The notes: generated by a model from the letters alone, not told the origin. A DNA stretch of 35,987 nucleotides from Candidatus Thorarchaeota archaeon (GCA_003345545.1 PRDH01000058.1:1-35987), one strand, 5' to 3'; positions 28,501 to 35,986 are shown, counted from the first letter of the stretch. Translations and numbers: made by a program.

Positions 28501-30335
28501 TCACCCTATACCTTGATGGTCCAGGTACTAGTTCCCTAGGTCCCATTGTACCGGCTACGAACTCGACTGGCTATGTGTCGTGGAGTGTCACAATTGATGA
28601 TGAAGGAGTCTGGGTTTTGGCTGCGTCTTTCAGTGGGTTGGGTGTGTATCTTCCTGCAAGCACTGATGCTGCAATCAATGTCAGGTACAGGACGGCGATT
28701 AGCCTCTCGCTCGAGACCTCTGGTGATGTTGTTGCAGGCGAAACAACAGTATCGTTTTCCATCCTGTTGGCAGATTCAGGAGGAACTCCACTCGAGGGCT
28801 TCACGGTTCATTATGAGATCCATGAAGAGAATCTTGGGCTTGTTGTACAAGGGAGTATAATTCAAACTGACACAAATGTGATCATTCTGAATCTTACCAT
28901 CGAACGAATGGGTATCTATGCAATCATTGTTTCCTTCAGTGGAACGAATCACTATCACGCATCAAACGCAGGGCTTCAGTTCTTGGTTCTCGGTACTACC
29001 AATGCCACATCACCCATTTCGGGGCGCTTCGACAGATCAACGGAGAATGCAACTCGGATTGTGATAGAGGATGAGGTCTCTGTGCCAATTCCTCCAGCTG
29101 AACTTGATGTCACTATTGAGCTCCATGGTCCGGATGGACTGGTTGACCTCTCAAGTCGCCTTGTGTGGAATGAGTCTTGGGTGGACTTCTACATCTATGG
29201 ACTCCCTACCGGCGACTATGTCCTCGGCGTCACCGTGCTAGCAACAGACATGCGCCAAGGATGCAGCGCTCAATTCGGTTTTGCCATCACTAGTACCACG
29301 TGTCTGGCTGTCTCTGAAGAAACCCTCCCTGGACTGACTTCCAAGCCTCATTCTCTCAATTTCCTCTTGACGGACTCCTTGAATGAGGTTGTGGACGCAG
29401 CCGATGTCTGGGTGAGTCTGTATGACCCACTCGGCCGTGAGATCTATGGGCATCCACTTTCGACACGAACACTGCTTCAATCCTCTCTGATGGGAACTGA
29501 GGTTTCTTGGACTCCGGCTCTTGTCGGTCAGTATCGCCTCGTTCTTGTCTTCGAGGGTGATGAATTCCTCAATGCGACCTCACTAGAGGTCAATGTTCGG
29601 GTACTTTATGAGAGTTCGATAATTCTGGCTGCGCCATCCCAGTCCGAATTCGGCGAGATGATACCTGTATCCCTAACGCTGCACGGTGCTCTCGGAGGTA
29701 TCTCAGGAGTCACAGTCACACTGACAGTGTTAATGGAGGGTGAAATTGAACAGGAGCTATCTCTTGTCACAGGTAGTCGTGGCATCGTGAGCACTAATCT
29801 TGTAGGTCTCTTGGCAGGGTCTCATGCTATCGTTGTGACATTCTCGGGCTCTGCCACGCAGGCATCGTGCATAGGCAATCTGACTGTGGTGGTCGTTCCT
29901 GTTCTTGTGGTTGCGCTTGATTCGAAGGGTAACCTCTTTGTGGGACACAACTGCAGTGTTGATGTCTCGGTGAGCATCCTTGGGCTGCTTTCTGTCTGGA
30001 ATGGATCTCTCGAAGCTGTTCTCTTCGACCCCACTAGCTCTAGGGTCGACACATGGAATATCGAGATAGGTCCATACTCGCTCTTTGTCATCAATTTCGT
30101 GCCTCTCGCTGAAGGCACCTATTCGCTAAATGTCACCATCACAGGCTTGCCTATCATTGCAGAGAGGGTTCTTCCGATGGCGATTGCGATAGTGCGCGAG
30201 ACTCTCACACTGCAGTTGGATGCACAGACCACACCAATGTTTGGCGGGCTAGGCATCCTGGCTATTGTGGGGTTCGTCATGAGGAAGAAAATGAAGAACG
30301 TGCTCGAGTCGATGCCGGGAGAATGGAGAGAATAA
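22506..30335 (+). CDS. Giant (~2609 aa) membrane-anchored surface protein: prenyltransferase/squalene-oxidase-repeat barrel + Ig-like repeats
   Basis: Signal peptide MIKRAIIFSLFACIILFA. Barrel repeats YLRTRQSPDGGF, WILTRTSNGDGSF, WFTSNQLVSGGFG. More than 10 beta-rich ~100-aa repeats (G.Y.L.A.F.G...Y..S), many N-x-S/T sequons, C-terminal TM + RKKMK. Confidence 0.85.
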   Translation: MIKRAIIFSLFACIILFAIPTDPVIVPTGITAENQFDVRDTDLGAADIGITLQSNPYIVLELTSGDVPGRGDAWSQLLSSKGVANVPLRIDDVLLNPSMISGTPAILLDGSLGSYSGDLVPQALIDLLIREDTSLILTGRSAWLLHRYSGRGSPSLTAPAETILLDSPAYSGAVFLSQPESLTVGLPLTFENGLVLPIDESQTEMSRLVNLTLSADSSTIAALRHDSWPLDVFLFAPETPDLLTSTGAGLLVNVIAFCTAIRESSTASVLSGLQTKQGALLAGGMRYTHEPTISSTYFAVHTMEALLGGSLWENWVLTNAPMVQGILTSLLVDYGSETGFMTSVTDAVVDCRSTAQGLWLVSEMSLTASFAVSEIVAYLRTRQSPDGGFENYVTTTYHVTESLWASERLSSIDTDQLELWLRSLVIDGSKTSVPDFWGAIGSNPASTSPLNNYATEYLRSLFFLGKAHTDPSKLTSWILTRTSNGDGSFRNSVGLDEEVVTGTASALTSMQMLGTLSGLNRTSGLGWFTSNQLVSGGFGLKTAASDLVGKTRETSRVGTCLRALGETSGPLAAGAVVFVDSIMTDVAFEPMAPLSSLMWTSWLLEASRLVHASQSVDLDLARNYISYFAEPSTFTVYPFWENLTTMSSPEYGANQYRTKSIWIQYFGVSAARSLGIEPGSTVVSDILLYLSQSQYTTGHYRPTSLAGTAHMQHSAAAVETLYVLDELDTIPYRAALETAILSTYGTGSWSTTGWTIKPFADSQHAIDYLSTRAAIRLGIVTPVMAAEIAASVAARLQYSDLLALSWDVATLSLLQTSGFSAGLESVDTSLVLDALKSFHFNDGWFNATILWQPVYTMSVLKMVSILGLRCLLDDIPGSSFTASADPTAELGTVLGISISITSSSETHSVIVRAFDESLLFNDVGNSDTLQLPVPANREYLGPWGISLMISDWGSSRAFAALEIVLEGTLQSSVTLTAPVVKMGAFLNGTIQWTLLDGLDAGPARTTIRLGNPPTYRQWNYDTTSPFAFSVPTTDFDAGIYSLTVTVEVPYCVSLILSEEVVIAEPNPTYLSAPTSSDGAVGDELSIEWSLHYLENNTLIGSQAVSVVIRNDTDSIVFTDVLISSTSGNAFHWIPEGRGDFAFKLLFDGNGTLDGSQVEGSIRVCEETVLSWIDGGTLNQYSTVNLSILLETSQGEALSGQPVHILVQAPSSAIVIDSWYVTNSTGYATILFSLSQNGVYLLQAQYPDSGFLQGSSASDSLTSWSSSSLALGGIEYEVTIGGTFQLWAQLDDLVLNPVPGQPVLLRITVLPSTVLVEQVLTSDSGGYVFVEWTAGSAGPYRFEAVYSGTISRAAATEIIDFQVLIPVALTPSIVKSSEIGFQESILVTTVDHLGNPISGITISLIVRGPGGTILYTNQSSTTSGSVTFLWTPSQRGVNEITVLSARQAWYQEASSSVAVDVYETPAIDVEIPLNAVAPTSDTIGISILDHDSQPVQGVTIRVQITLNATMIVDGDFVTDGNGLVSITVNFDIPGLLQAETTLLPQGWFLEATASSNSVVSSATTLLIIIPGQPVEQGSTVGISCSLSDFSGAPLAASILQIEIAWSNGTLIRSVTRVTDSTGHCALAQTFNSVGDFVIRGSYSGYGLNSSATHAVAQRVFVTPLIDVVHEPSCISGEAMEFLVNLTDALGNDIVGRTVQLSIEQGGSIVFEAQFLSGAGPSTITWYPTQGGIATITLVHQGNMYYLTTSMDTAVSIMELVSGSIILSPSEIDLFDSAVLVYILDTAIPRSGVMIRFEVLGMDLVPVWTADCLTNASGMASVMYTATETHGVLHVNAGPIADELLIGGDVQEQLIVKTFCNITVSLRPTPPRVNTLTNITVHVVDDLGRTFDGPTVTVSLYNPYGEIVKLGLWTNSETAPIEDGLAVVDFSPTMAGLYTVVLSSSGSTTVHGFSSTTQHTVYSATQLVLIVSTYELEVGQILEVVAGLLDHNNMPLVGRNITLYLDGPGTSSLGPIVPATNSTGYVSWSVTIDDEGVWVLAASFSGLGVYLPASTDAAINVRYRTAISLSLETSGDVVAGETTVSFSILLADSGGTPLEGFTVHYEIHEENLGLVVQGSIIQTDTNVIILNLTIERMGIYAIIVSFSGTNHYHASNAGLQFLVLGTTNATSPISGRFDRSTENATRIVIEDEVSVPIPPAELDVTIELHGPDGLVDLSSRLVWNESWVDFYIYGLPTGDYVLGVTVLATDMRQGCSAQFGFAITSTTCLAVSEETLPGLTSKPHSLNFLLTDSLNEVVDAADVWVSLYDPLGREIYGHPLSTRTLLQSSLMGTEVSWTPALVGQYRLVLVFEGDEFLNATSLEVNVRVLYESSIILAAPSQSEFGEMIPVSLTLHGALGGISGVTVTLTVLMEGEIEQELSLVTGSRGIVSTNLVGLLAGSHAIVVTFSGSATQASCIGNLTVVVVPVLVVALDSKGNLFVGHNCSVDVSVSILGLLSVWNGSLEAVLFDPTSSRVDTWNIEIGPYSLFVINFVPLAEGTYSLNVTITGLPIIAERVLPMAIAIVRETLTLQLDAQTTPMFGGLGILAIVGFVMRKKMKNVLESMPGEWRE

Positions 30336-30337
30336 TC

Positions 30338-32311
30338 TCAGGACCTGATTTGACTAAGAAAACCAGTTATATCATCATCCCAAGTCCCATCAGGCAGCAA
30401 TAGCCTTTGATAGAGGTTGCTAACGTATCCGGCGTATGCAGAGACTCTGTAACCCTTAATAATGACATCATACTCGCTAGCCTTTCTAGGTAGATTAACA
30501 AGAATATCATACGCTCTCTTCTCTGGCACCCTTGCCATGATTATGCACGAATTACTACTCTCAGAAACCATTGCTGTTGTGGTTGGAAGGTGAACCAAAG
30601 TAGATCGTGCAATGGAATAGAGTTGAGGGACCTCGGCTTTTATCTCAAGACAAATCGAAGCAAGTCCCTGAATTGTGGGGAAGTATTGCAGATGCAATAT
30701 GCCTCTCTGTATGAATGAGGCCAGTTTTTCTTTCAATGACTCCCTGCTCATACGTATCATGCTATCATACTCACCAAGTTCGAGCGATTGGTTGTATATT
30801 CCCCATGAAATGAGATCTAGCACTCTAGCATCTTCATTCGATGGCAGACTTACTTCTCCAAAGCTCTTCAGACCGAATTCCCTGTCCATTTGCTTGATTG
30901 TTCTCCTACCATACAATGAGTTCTCGATGTGAATCGACGTATTCTTCCAAGACTCATGCTTTGGTAAATACAGTCCATAGTTGAGCCTTGACGCACTCCA
31001 GCGAATTGGAATGACGTTCTGTCTTGTTCGTACAATTCTATCATAGGCTGTCTTAGGCATTACGAGGACTTGGATGTAGGGCGGTTTCTGACCGGGATTT
31101 CCAAGCCTGGCTGCGTATTGAAGGTGCTTGTGCGGCCATCTGTGTGCTCCTCCGATATAGACTAGCTTCACAAGTCCGAGCCTAGCATCCTGGATGTATC
31201 CTCTCATGATGAGACTACATCTAATCAGTGAGAAACGGTCAAGCCATGCTTCCCTAGATGTTTTAGCTTCTTGCCTTGTTATTGGGATAGCAGTATGTAT
31301 CTCCTGCTTCAGATTCATAGAATGGGCCAGGCTGATCATCCTGGCTATGCGAACAGGAAATGTGTCAACTATCCTAAACCATGTTATCCCCCAAGGATCA
31401 TTGTCGATCTCCTCGGCTTTCGGCGCGAGGCCCGACCTGGGATCGCCTCGATCAACAAGGGCCATTATCCTCACATACTGGGGTGGAGGGGTCCCTTGAA
31501 TTAGACATTGAATGTGTCCAAAGACAAGATTTGGTAAAATCGCTCCTGACAGGAGGTTACTGCTAACTCCTGCCAGGAAGTCCAAAGGGTCTTCTGACGG
31601 GAGCTTTGCCCCTATGGTCCACGCAAGAAATGCCATCAGTTCTTGTCTGGTCTTCTCTGGAAAGACCTTTGGCACGAGCTGGTCCAGAGTGTCACCCATG
31701 GTTCCTCGACGTTCAAGGTTGGGAATGTCCACACCTTCTGTGAGCTTTCCTAAGTCTGACCAGGACGGTGCGGGCGCATCCAGCAAATCGGTAATTGCCA
31801 CATCCATCGAAGCTGCTTTTTGACTAACGAACAGTCTATTATAGAACTCCCAATCGGTTTCTAGTTGGAGGATTGAAACTTCGAAGTCACGGATAGCGTG
31901 AAGTCGGATTAGATTGCCAGTGGAATTCTCTAAAACACTCAGGAGATACCTTGAATCGCTCTTGATTCTCTGAATTGCCACAGTAGCATCAACTCCCTCC
32001 TGTGATAGATGTGTTATCCATTTGTCAGTACTTGGAGGATAAAGATCATCTTGGCCACTCGAATTCCTTCGGAACTTTCTCATGAATAAGGACGCGTCGA
32101 ATTCAACTCGGTCATCCTGTGTCATCGATATCGATTTACAGAGTGCTTCATCTGTAATTGAGAATTCGCCTTCAGCGACAGGCAGTTTCAATTCCGGAGC
32201 ATCTGTATTGATCAATTTTGGTCCATCTTCTGTATATGATAAATTACATCGGATGACCTCACCACTAGATTGGAATACCTTAACTGGAATTGTCATAACG
32301 CCTGCATCCAT
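30338..32311 (-). CDS. Hypothetical protein with C-terminal tandem Lrp/AsnC-like domains; paralog of 18784-20829
   Basis: 657-aa ORF. GYIQDARLGL, RLNYGLY...ESWK, LQYFPTIQGL, LP..SNSCIIMARVP, LYQRLLLPDGTWDD align by eye with the 18784-20829 product. Confidence 0.7.
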   Translation of the reverse strand: MDAGVMTIPVKVFQSSGEVIRCNLSYTEDGPKLINTDAPELKLPVAEGEFSITDEALCKSISMTQDDRVEFDASLFMRKFRRNSSGQDDLYPPSTDKWITHLSQEGVDATVAIQRIKSDSRYLLSVLENSTGNLIRLHAIRDFEVSILQLETDWEFYNRLFVSQKAASMDVAITDLLDAPAPSWSDLGKLTEGVDIPNLERRGTMGDTLDQLVPKVFPEKTRQELMAFLAWTIGAKLPSEDPLDFLAGVSSNLLSGAILPNLVFGHIQCLIQGTPPPQYVRIMALVDRGDPRSGLAPKAEEIDNDPWGITWFRIVDTFPVRIARMISLAHSMNLKQEIHTAIPITRQEAKTSREAWLDRFSLIRCSLIMRGYIQDARLGLVKLVYIGGAHRWPHKHLQYAARLGNPGQKPPYIQVLVMPKTAYDRIVRTRQNVIPIRWSASRLNYGLYLPKHESWKNTSIHIENSLYGRRTIKQMDREFGLKSFGEVSLPSNEDARVLDLISWGIYNQSLELGEYDSMIRMSRESLKEKLASFIQRGILHLQYFPTIQGLASICLEIKAEVPQLYSIARSTLVHLPTTTAMVSESSNSCIIMARVPEKRAYDILVNLPRKASEYDVIIKGYRVSAYAGYVSNLYQRLLLPDGTWDDDITGFLSQIRS

Positions 32312-32417
32312 CGAATCCCACGGGTCGTGGGTGACCTAGTCGTAGTGTGCATTTTCTTTTAATAACCCATGCAATAGTCAGGCGGATGAAAAAGGCTTTG
32401 TTGAGTATGATTCGAGG

Positions 32418-32471
32418 AAAAAAGATTGAAGGCCGTGCGAATCCCAAGATTGATTCAGGATCGCAGGCCTT
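32418..32471 (-). terminator. Hairpin + U-tract (intrinsic terminator or attenuator) after the 40-aa peptide gene
   Basis: Minus-strand RNA AAGGCC-UGCGA-UCCUGA-[AUCAAUC]-UUGGGA-U-UCGCA-C-GGCCUU-CAAUC-UUUUUU: ~17-bp stem with two bulges, starting 10 nt after the stop codon. Confidence 0.65.
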
Positions 32472-32481
32472 GCTGTGTTCT

Positions 32482-32604
32482 CTACCAGGGCTCTGGAGGC
32501 CTGCCAGTCGGTACGTTGCAGGTAACTGCGACATAGCTCCAGGGCTCCGGAGGCCGGCCGGTAGGAACGCTCGCATGTTTTTGATAGTTGTTCTTGTTTA
32601 TCAT
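32482..32604 (-). CDS. 40-aa repeat peptide MINKNNYQKHASVPTGRPPEPWSYVAVTCNVPTGRPPEPW (not in the ORF track)
   Basis: Translated by hand. The two DNA copies differ at 5 sites, all synonymous in this frame. ATG start; TAG directly after the second W; hairpin downstream. Confidence 0.8.
   Translation of the reverse strand: MINKNNYQKHASVPTGRPPEPWSYVAVTCNVPTGRPPEPW
32485..32569. repeat. 31-bp imperfect direct repeat x2 (32485-32515, 32539-32569; period 54 nt)
   Basis: ccagggctctggaggcctgccagtcggtacg vs ccagggctccggaggccggccggtaggaacg; 26/31 identical. Confidence 0.9.
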
Positions 32605-32962
32605 TGCGTTCACAGAGTTCTATGGTGCACCCTGCGACTCAGATTCGTAGCGAAACCATATGCATGTCAGGTCTCGTGTTTCGCATTGAAACAGGCAAAA
32701 ACGCCCATCAACTGGCCTAACGGAATGGTGGGTATATTAAGGAAAAGGAGAACAAATACTGCTAGCTACTTCTATCTAGAATATGATAGTAGATATTCGT
32801 TTCCTGAAACCGCTACCAGCGACAGCACATGAGTCCAGGGAGAATCCGCATTCATATCTCTGGCATACAGCACACTCTTTCTGCAAAGATAGGCTGATTG
32901 ATCAGTTGAATGAACCGGTGAGAAAGATGTAACGGCTGCAGTTATCCGAGGCCTTTTTCGGC

Positions 32963-33943
32963 CTATGCAGCTATTGCCAATGCTTCAGGAAGTATGGTCA
33001 ACCTCAGCCTAGCCACGAGTTCCTTGTATCTGTTTCGAATCGTGACCTCAGTGACCCCGCTCACTCGCGAGATGTCACGTTGTGTGACCCTGCAATCATG
33101 CATGATTGCCGCCACATAGATGGCAGCTGCTGCAAGGCCTCTTGGATCTCGACCTGTCACAAGACCGCGGACTTCTCTTGCCCTCTCAAGGATTTCCATG
33201 GTGGTATGCTGTACCTCTGTGGGCAGATTAAGTTCCGAGATGAACCTAGAAACGTACATGGCCGGGCTCGAGATTGGCATCCGCAGCTTCAGCTTTGTCA
33301 CGAGCATTCGATAGTGCGCAGAAATCTTCTTCTTCGATTCCCTTGAATGCTGAGCTATCTCTTCAATCGAACGGGGTGAGCCCCGATGCCTGCAGGCAGC
33401 ATAAACAGCTGCTGCAGCAGTTGCATCAATGCTTCGGCTTCGCCAGAGTCTTCCCGCAATCAGTTTCCGATACATGCGTGCTGCGTCATCTTTCAAGCTC
33501 TGCGACATACCTAGTTGCGATGATAACCGGTCAATCTCAGTCATGGCCTGAGCCAAATTCCTATCAAGCGAGCTGTGTACTCGGGTTCGAATCTGCCACT
33601 TGCGGAGCCGGTAAATCTGCGCTCTCTGTTTTGCACTGAAAGCTACTCCCCTTCCATCCCTGTCACGCCAGTCAATGATCGTGCTCAGCCCTTTATCGTG
33701 AATCGAAGCACTCTCGGGCGCACCAGTACGTGAGCGAGAGTCTTGTTCATCTGACGTGAATGCACGCCACTCAGGACCTGAGTCTATGCGGTGGTCGCTG
33801 AGCACTAACCCGCACTTTGCACAGATCAATTCTCCTTTCTCATTATCTCTGACGACCTCTACTCCCCCACACTCGGGGCATGAGACGTTCAGAGTTTCTA
33901 CTTCTCCTAGTCCCTCTCTCTTATCTAATGAATTACTTGCCAT
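32963..33943 (-). CDS. tfb: Transcription initiation factor IIB (TFB), paralog 2
   Basis: CPECGG..CAKCG Zn ribbon, GPEWRAF B-reader, HDKGLST, RLRKWQ, two cyclin repeats, VTQRDIS..GVTEVTIRNRYKEL. ATG 33943 has a GGAGG SD (alternative GTG 34000). Confidence 0.95.
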   Translation of the reverse strand: MASNSLDKREGLGEVETLNVSCPECGGVEVVRDNEKGELICAKCGLVLSDHRIDSGPEWRAFTSDEQDSRSRTGAPESASIHDKGLSTIIDWRDRDGRGVAFSAKQRAQIYRLRKWQIRTRVHSSLDRNLAQAMTEIDRLSSQLGMSQSLKDDAARMYRKLIAGRLWRSRSIDATAAAAVYAACRHRGSPRSIEEIAQHSRESKKKISAHYRMLVTKLKLRMPISSPAMYVSRFISELNLPTEVQHTTMEILERAREVRGLVTGRDPRGLAAAAIYVAAIMHDCRVTQRDISRVSGVTEVTIRNRYKELVARLRLTILPEALAIAA

Positions 33944-34031
33944 TCTTGCACTTTTTCCCTCCTTCAACCCGGATTGACCTGAGGGTCCGGGAACCCTCAC
34001 TCCTAGTTACGATCCTTCCTCTCAGTCTGTG

Positions 34032-34997
34032 TTAAGGTGCCATTGTGATGCTAAGTTTCTGAACGAGTTCCTTGTATCGATTCCTCACGGTGACCTCGGT
34101 CACGCCTGCCGCCATGGCAATATCGCGCTGAGTCACACGGTGATCTGTGAGAATGCTCGCTATGTAAATGGCAGCAGCCGCCAGGCCTCGTGGATCTCTC
34201 CCGGTCACAAGAGTTCTGTTCTCCTTTGCCTTTTCTAGGATCTCGATGACTTTCTGTTGAACAATACCTGGTAAGTCGAGCTCTGTGACGAAGCGTGGCA
34301 CATAGTTCGCCGGATCTGAGATGGGCATCTTCAGGCTCAGTTTTTCCACTAGTAGTCTGTAGTGCTGTCCAATCTTCTTTCGGCTCACTCGTGAGTGCCT
34401 CGCTATCTCCTCAAGAGAACGTGGCGCATTTCTCAGCCTGCATGCGGCGTATATTGATGCTCCAACCATCGCATCGATCGACCTGCTGCGCGCAAGTCGT
34501 CGAACAATCAGCTTTCTGTAGAGTAGTGCAGCAAGTTCCTTGATGCTCTTGTTGAGTCCCAGTTGTGAGGACAGTCGATCAAGCTCAGACATTGCCTGGG
34601 CAAGATTTCTGTCAACCGAGCTATGAACTCTAGTTCGTATCTGCCATTTACGAAGACGATAGATCTCTGAGCGCTTCTTCGCCGAGAATCGCTTTCCTTG
34701 CGAGTCATGGTCGCGCCAGTCAATCATGGTGCTGAGACCCTTGTCGTGTATCGCGTAGTTTGTGGGGGCGCCAGCTCGTGAGCGAGCGTCCTTCTCATCA
34801 CTCGTGAAGGCTCTCCATTCAGGACCTGAGTCTATCCGATGCTCTGAGACAACCAGACCGCACGATGCACAGATTCGTTCTCCCTTCTCGAGATCTTGTA
34901 CTGCCTCCTTACCTCCACACTCGGGGCAAGTGAAACCAGTATCTCCTCTAGAAGATCGCTCTGGTTGTTTTCTTTCACTGCGCGATGACATGGTCAT
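34032..34997 (-). CDS. tfb: Transcription initiation factor IIB (TFB), paralog 1
   Basis: CPECGG..CASCG, GPEWRAF, HDKGLST, RLRKWQ, GRDP.GLAAAAIY, GVTEVTVRNRYKEL; GAGGAG SD. Confidence 0.95.
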   Translation of the reverse strand: MTMSSRSERKQPERSSRGDTGFTCPECGGKEAVQDLEKGERICASCGLVVSEHRIDSGPEWRAFTSDEKDARSRAGAPTNYAIHDKGLSTMIDWRDHDSQGKRFSAKKRSEIYRLRKWQIRTRVHSSVDRNLAQAMSELDRLSSQLGLNKSIKELAALLYRKLIVRRLARSRSIDAMVGASIYAACRLRNAPRSLEEIARHSRVSRKKIGQHYRLLVEKLSLKMPISDPANYVPRFVTELDLPGIVQQKVIEILEKAKENRTLVTGRDPRGLAAAAIYIASILTDHRVTQRDIAMAAGVTEVTVRNRYKELVQKLSITMAP

Positions 34998-35122
34998 TCA
35001 GCTCCTCTGGTAGGGGAATCGATAATTAGATACGCATGACCTTGCCTTGTGAAACCGTCGTTGCGTTGAGGTGGCGTAGATGTTGTATAGAATGCAGTTC
35101 AATCCCCGTTCAGTGCCGTTAG

Positions 35123-35160
35123 GTTTATATACTCTTTTATGTGCTTATAAAGCTTTCGTT
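35123..35160 (-). promoter_or_regulatory. Putative BRE-TATA promoter of the tfb pair
   Basis: Minus strand reads AACGAAAGC-TTTATAAG (purine-rich BRE + TATA), followed by a second TATATAAA. Confidence 0.5.
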
Positions 35161-35593
35161 CCTTTTGCGGACTAAGGATTGCTTCGGGGCGCGAACAAAA
35201 CGATAGATGTTTTTTGATATAAGCCTTGCGAAAGGGGTGGGCGGCGCAGCAGTCCGAGATTTTAGTAGCTTTCTAGAGATCATTGTGCCGAGAAAGTAGG
35301 ATAATGATACTTGATAGCCCCTTCAGTCACCAGTCGCGGCTGATATAGTCGGAGGAGTTCGTTTGCTCACGCGTATCCAGAAGATCTACTTCGGCATGGC
35401 TCATAATGGCGACCATGGTCATCATGTCTGCCGCATCAGTTTCAGAAGGCATGATATTTGGTGGGGCTGGTAGTACAGGTATGAGGTGCCTGGGTATTAC
35501 GCTTCTATTGCGTATGCTTGCCTATATACCATCAACTGTAGTTGTTGTTGAATGGAGTGACCTTCATTCAAGTGGAACATGAACTCAGAGTGC

Positions 35594-35622
35594 AAAAGAG
35601 GAGGACTCGATGCTCCTCTTTT
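35594..35622. repeat. Perfect 10-bp inverted repeat (terminator-like hairpin or operator)
   Basis: AAAAGAGGAG-gactcgatg-CTCCTCTTTT. Confidence 0.6.
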
Positions 35623-35641
35623 CATCTCCTATCGCACGTAC

Positions 35642-35649
35642 TTTATATG
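35642..35649 (+). promoter_or_regulatory. Putative TATA box for the final gene
   Basis: TTTATATG ends about 26 nt upstream of ATG 35675, consistent with a leaderless transcript. Confidence 0.45.
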
Positions 35650-35674
35650 AAGTATGTACGACGTTACGTATGAG

Positions 35675-35986
35675 ATGACGCAGAAAAAGGAAAACAACAT
35701 GAATCACACACAAATCAATCAAGACCATCTATACATCATTACAACGGATCAAGCAAGAGAGCTTCTGAGATTGCCCATGATATCAAGCATCACAACAACA
35801 CCGACAGTCCTCAACAACATGGACAGGTCTCTTATTACACAGTGCCGAAATCTGAGAGAAATCCGCATTGAGGAATATAGAGGAGGACCTCTTGACCTCG
35901 GTTTTCTTGAAGACATGGCATCGATCGATTCCCTTCGAATAGAAAACTTAAGCGGTTTCAAGGTACTGAAAAAAAGGGTCCGCACA
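35675..35986 (+). CDS. Leucine-rich-repeat-like protein, 3'-truncated
   Basis: Hand translation MTQKKENNMNHTQ...ITQCRNLREIRIEE...LDLGFLEDMASIDSLRIENLSG shows an LxxLxL pattern; frame stays open to the window end. Confidence 0.6.
   Translation, partial: MTQKKENNMNHTQINQDHLYIITTDQARELLRLPMISSITTTPTVLNNMDRSLITQCRNLREIRIEEYRGGPLDLGFLEDMASIDSLRIENLSGFKVLKKRVRT

Noticed and set aside
32485-32569. Direct repeat as a mini-CRISPR array
   Set aside because: Only two degenerate copies with a 23-nt spacer, codon-patterned mismatches and no cas genes.
32347-32832. 161-aa + strand ORF (and the 98-aa minus ORF 32280-32576)
   Set aside because: The repeat mismatches change amino acids in these frames but are all synonymous in the 40-aa minus frame; the ORFs also span a hairpin and promoter-like DNA.
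316-34723. Numerous 60-150-aa ORFs nested within or antisense to the main genes
   Set aside because: Shadow ORFs of well-supported CDSs, with no motifs or translation signals.
35749-35985. 78-aa minus-strand ORF at the window end
   Set aside because: Antisense shadow of the + strand LRR-like gene, which has a TATA box and a recognisable pattern.
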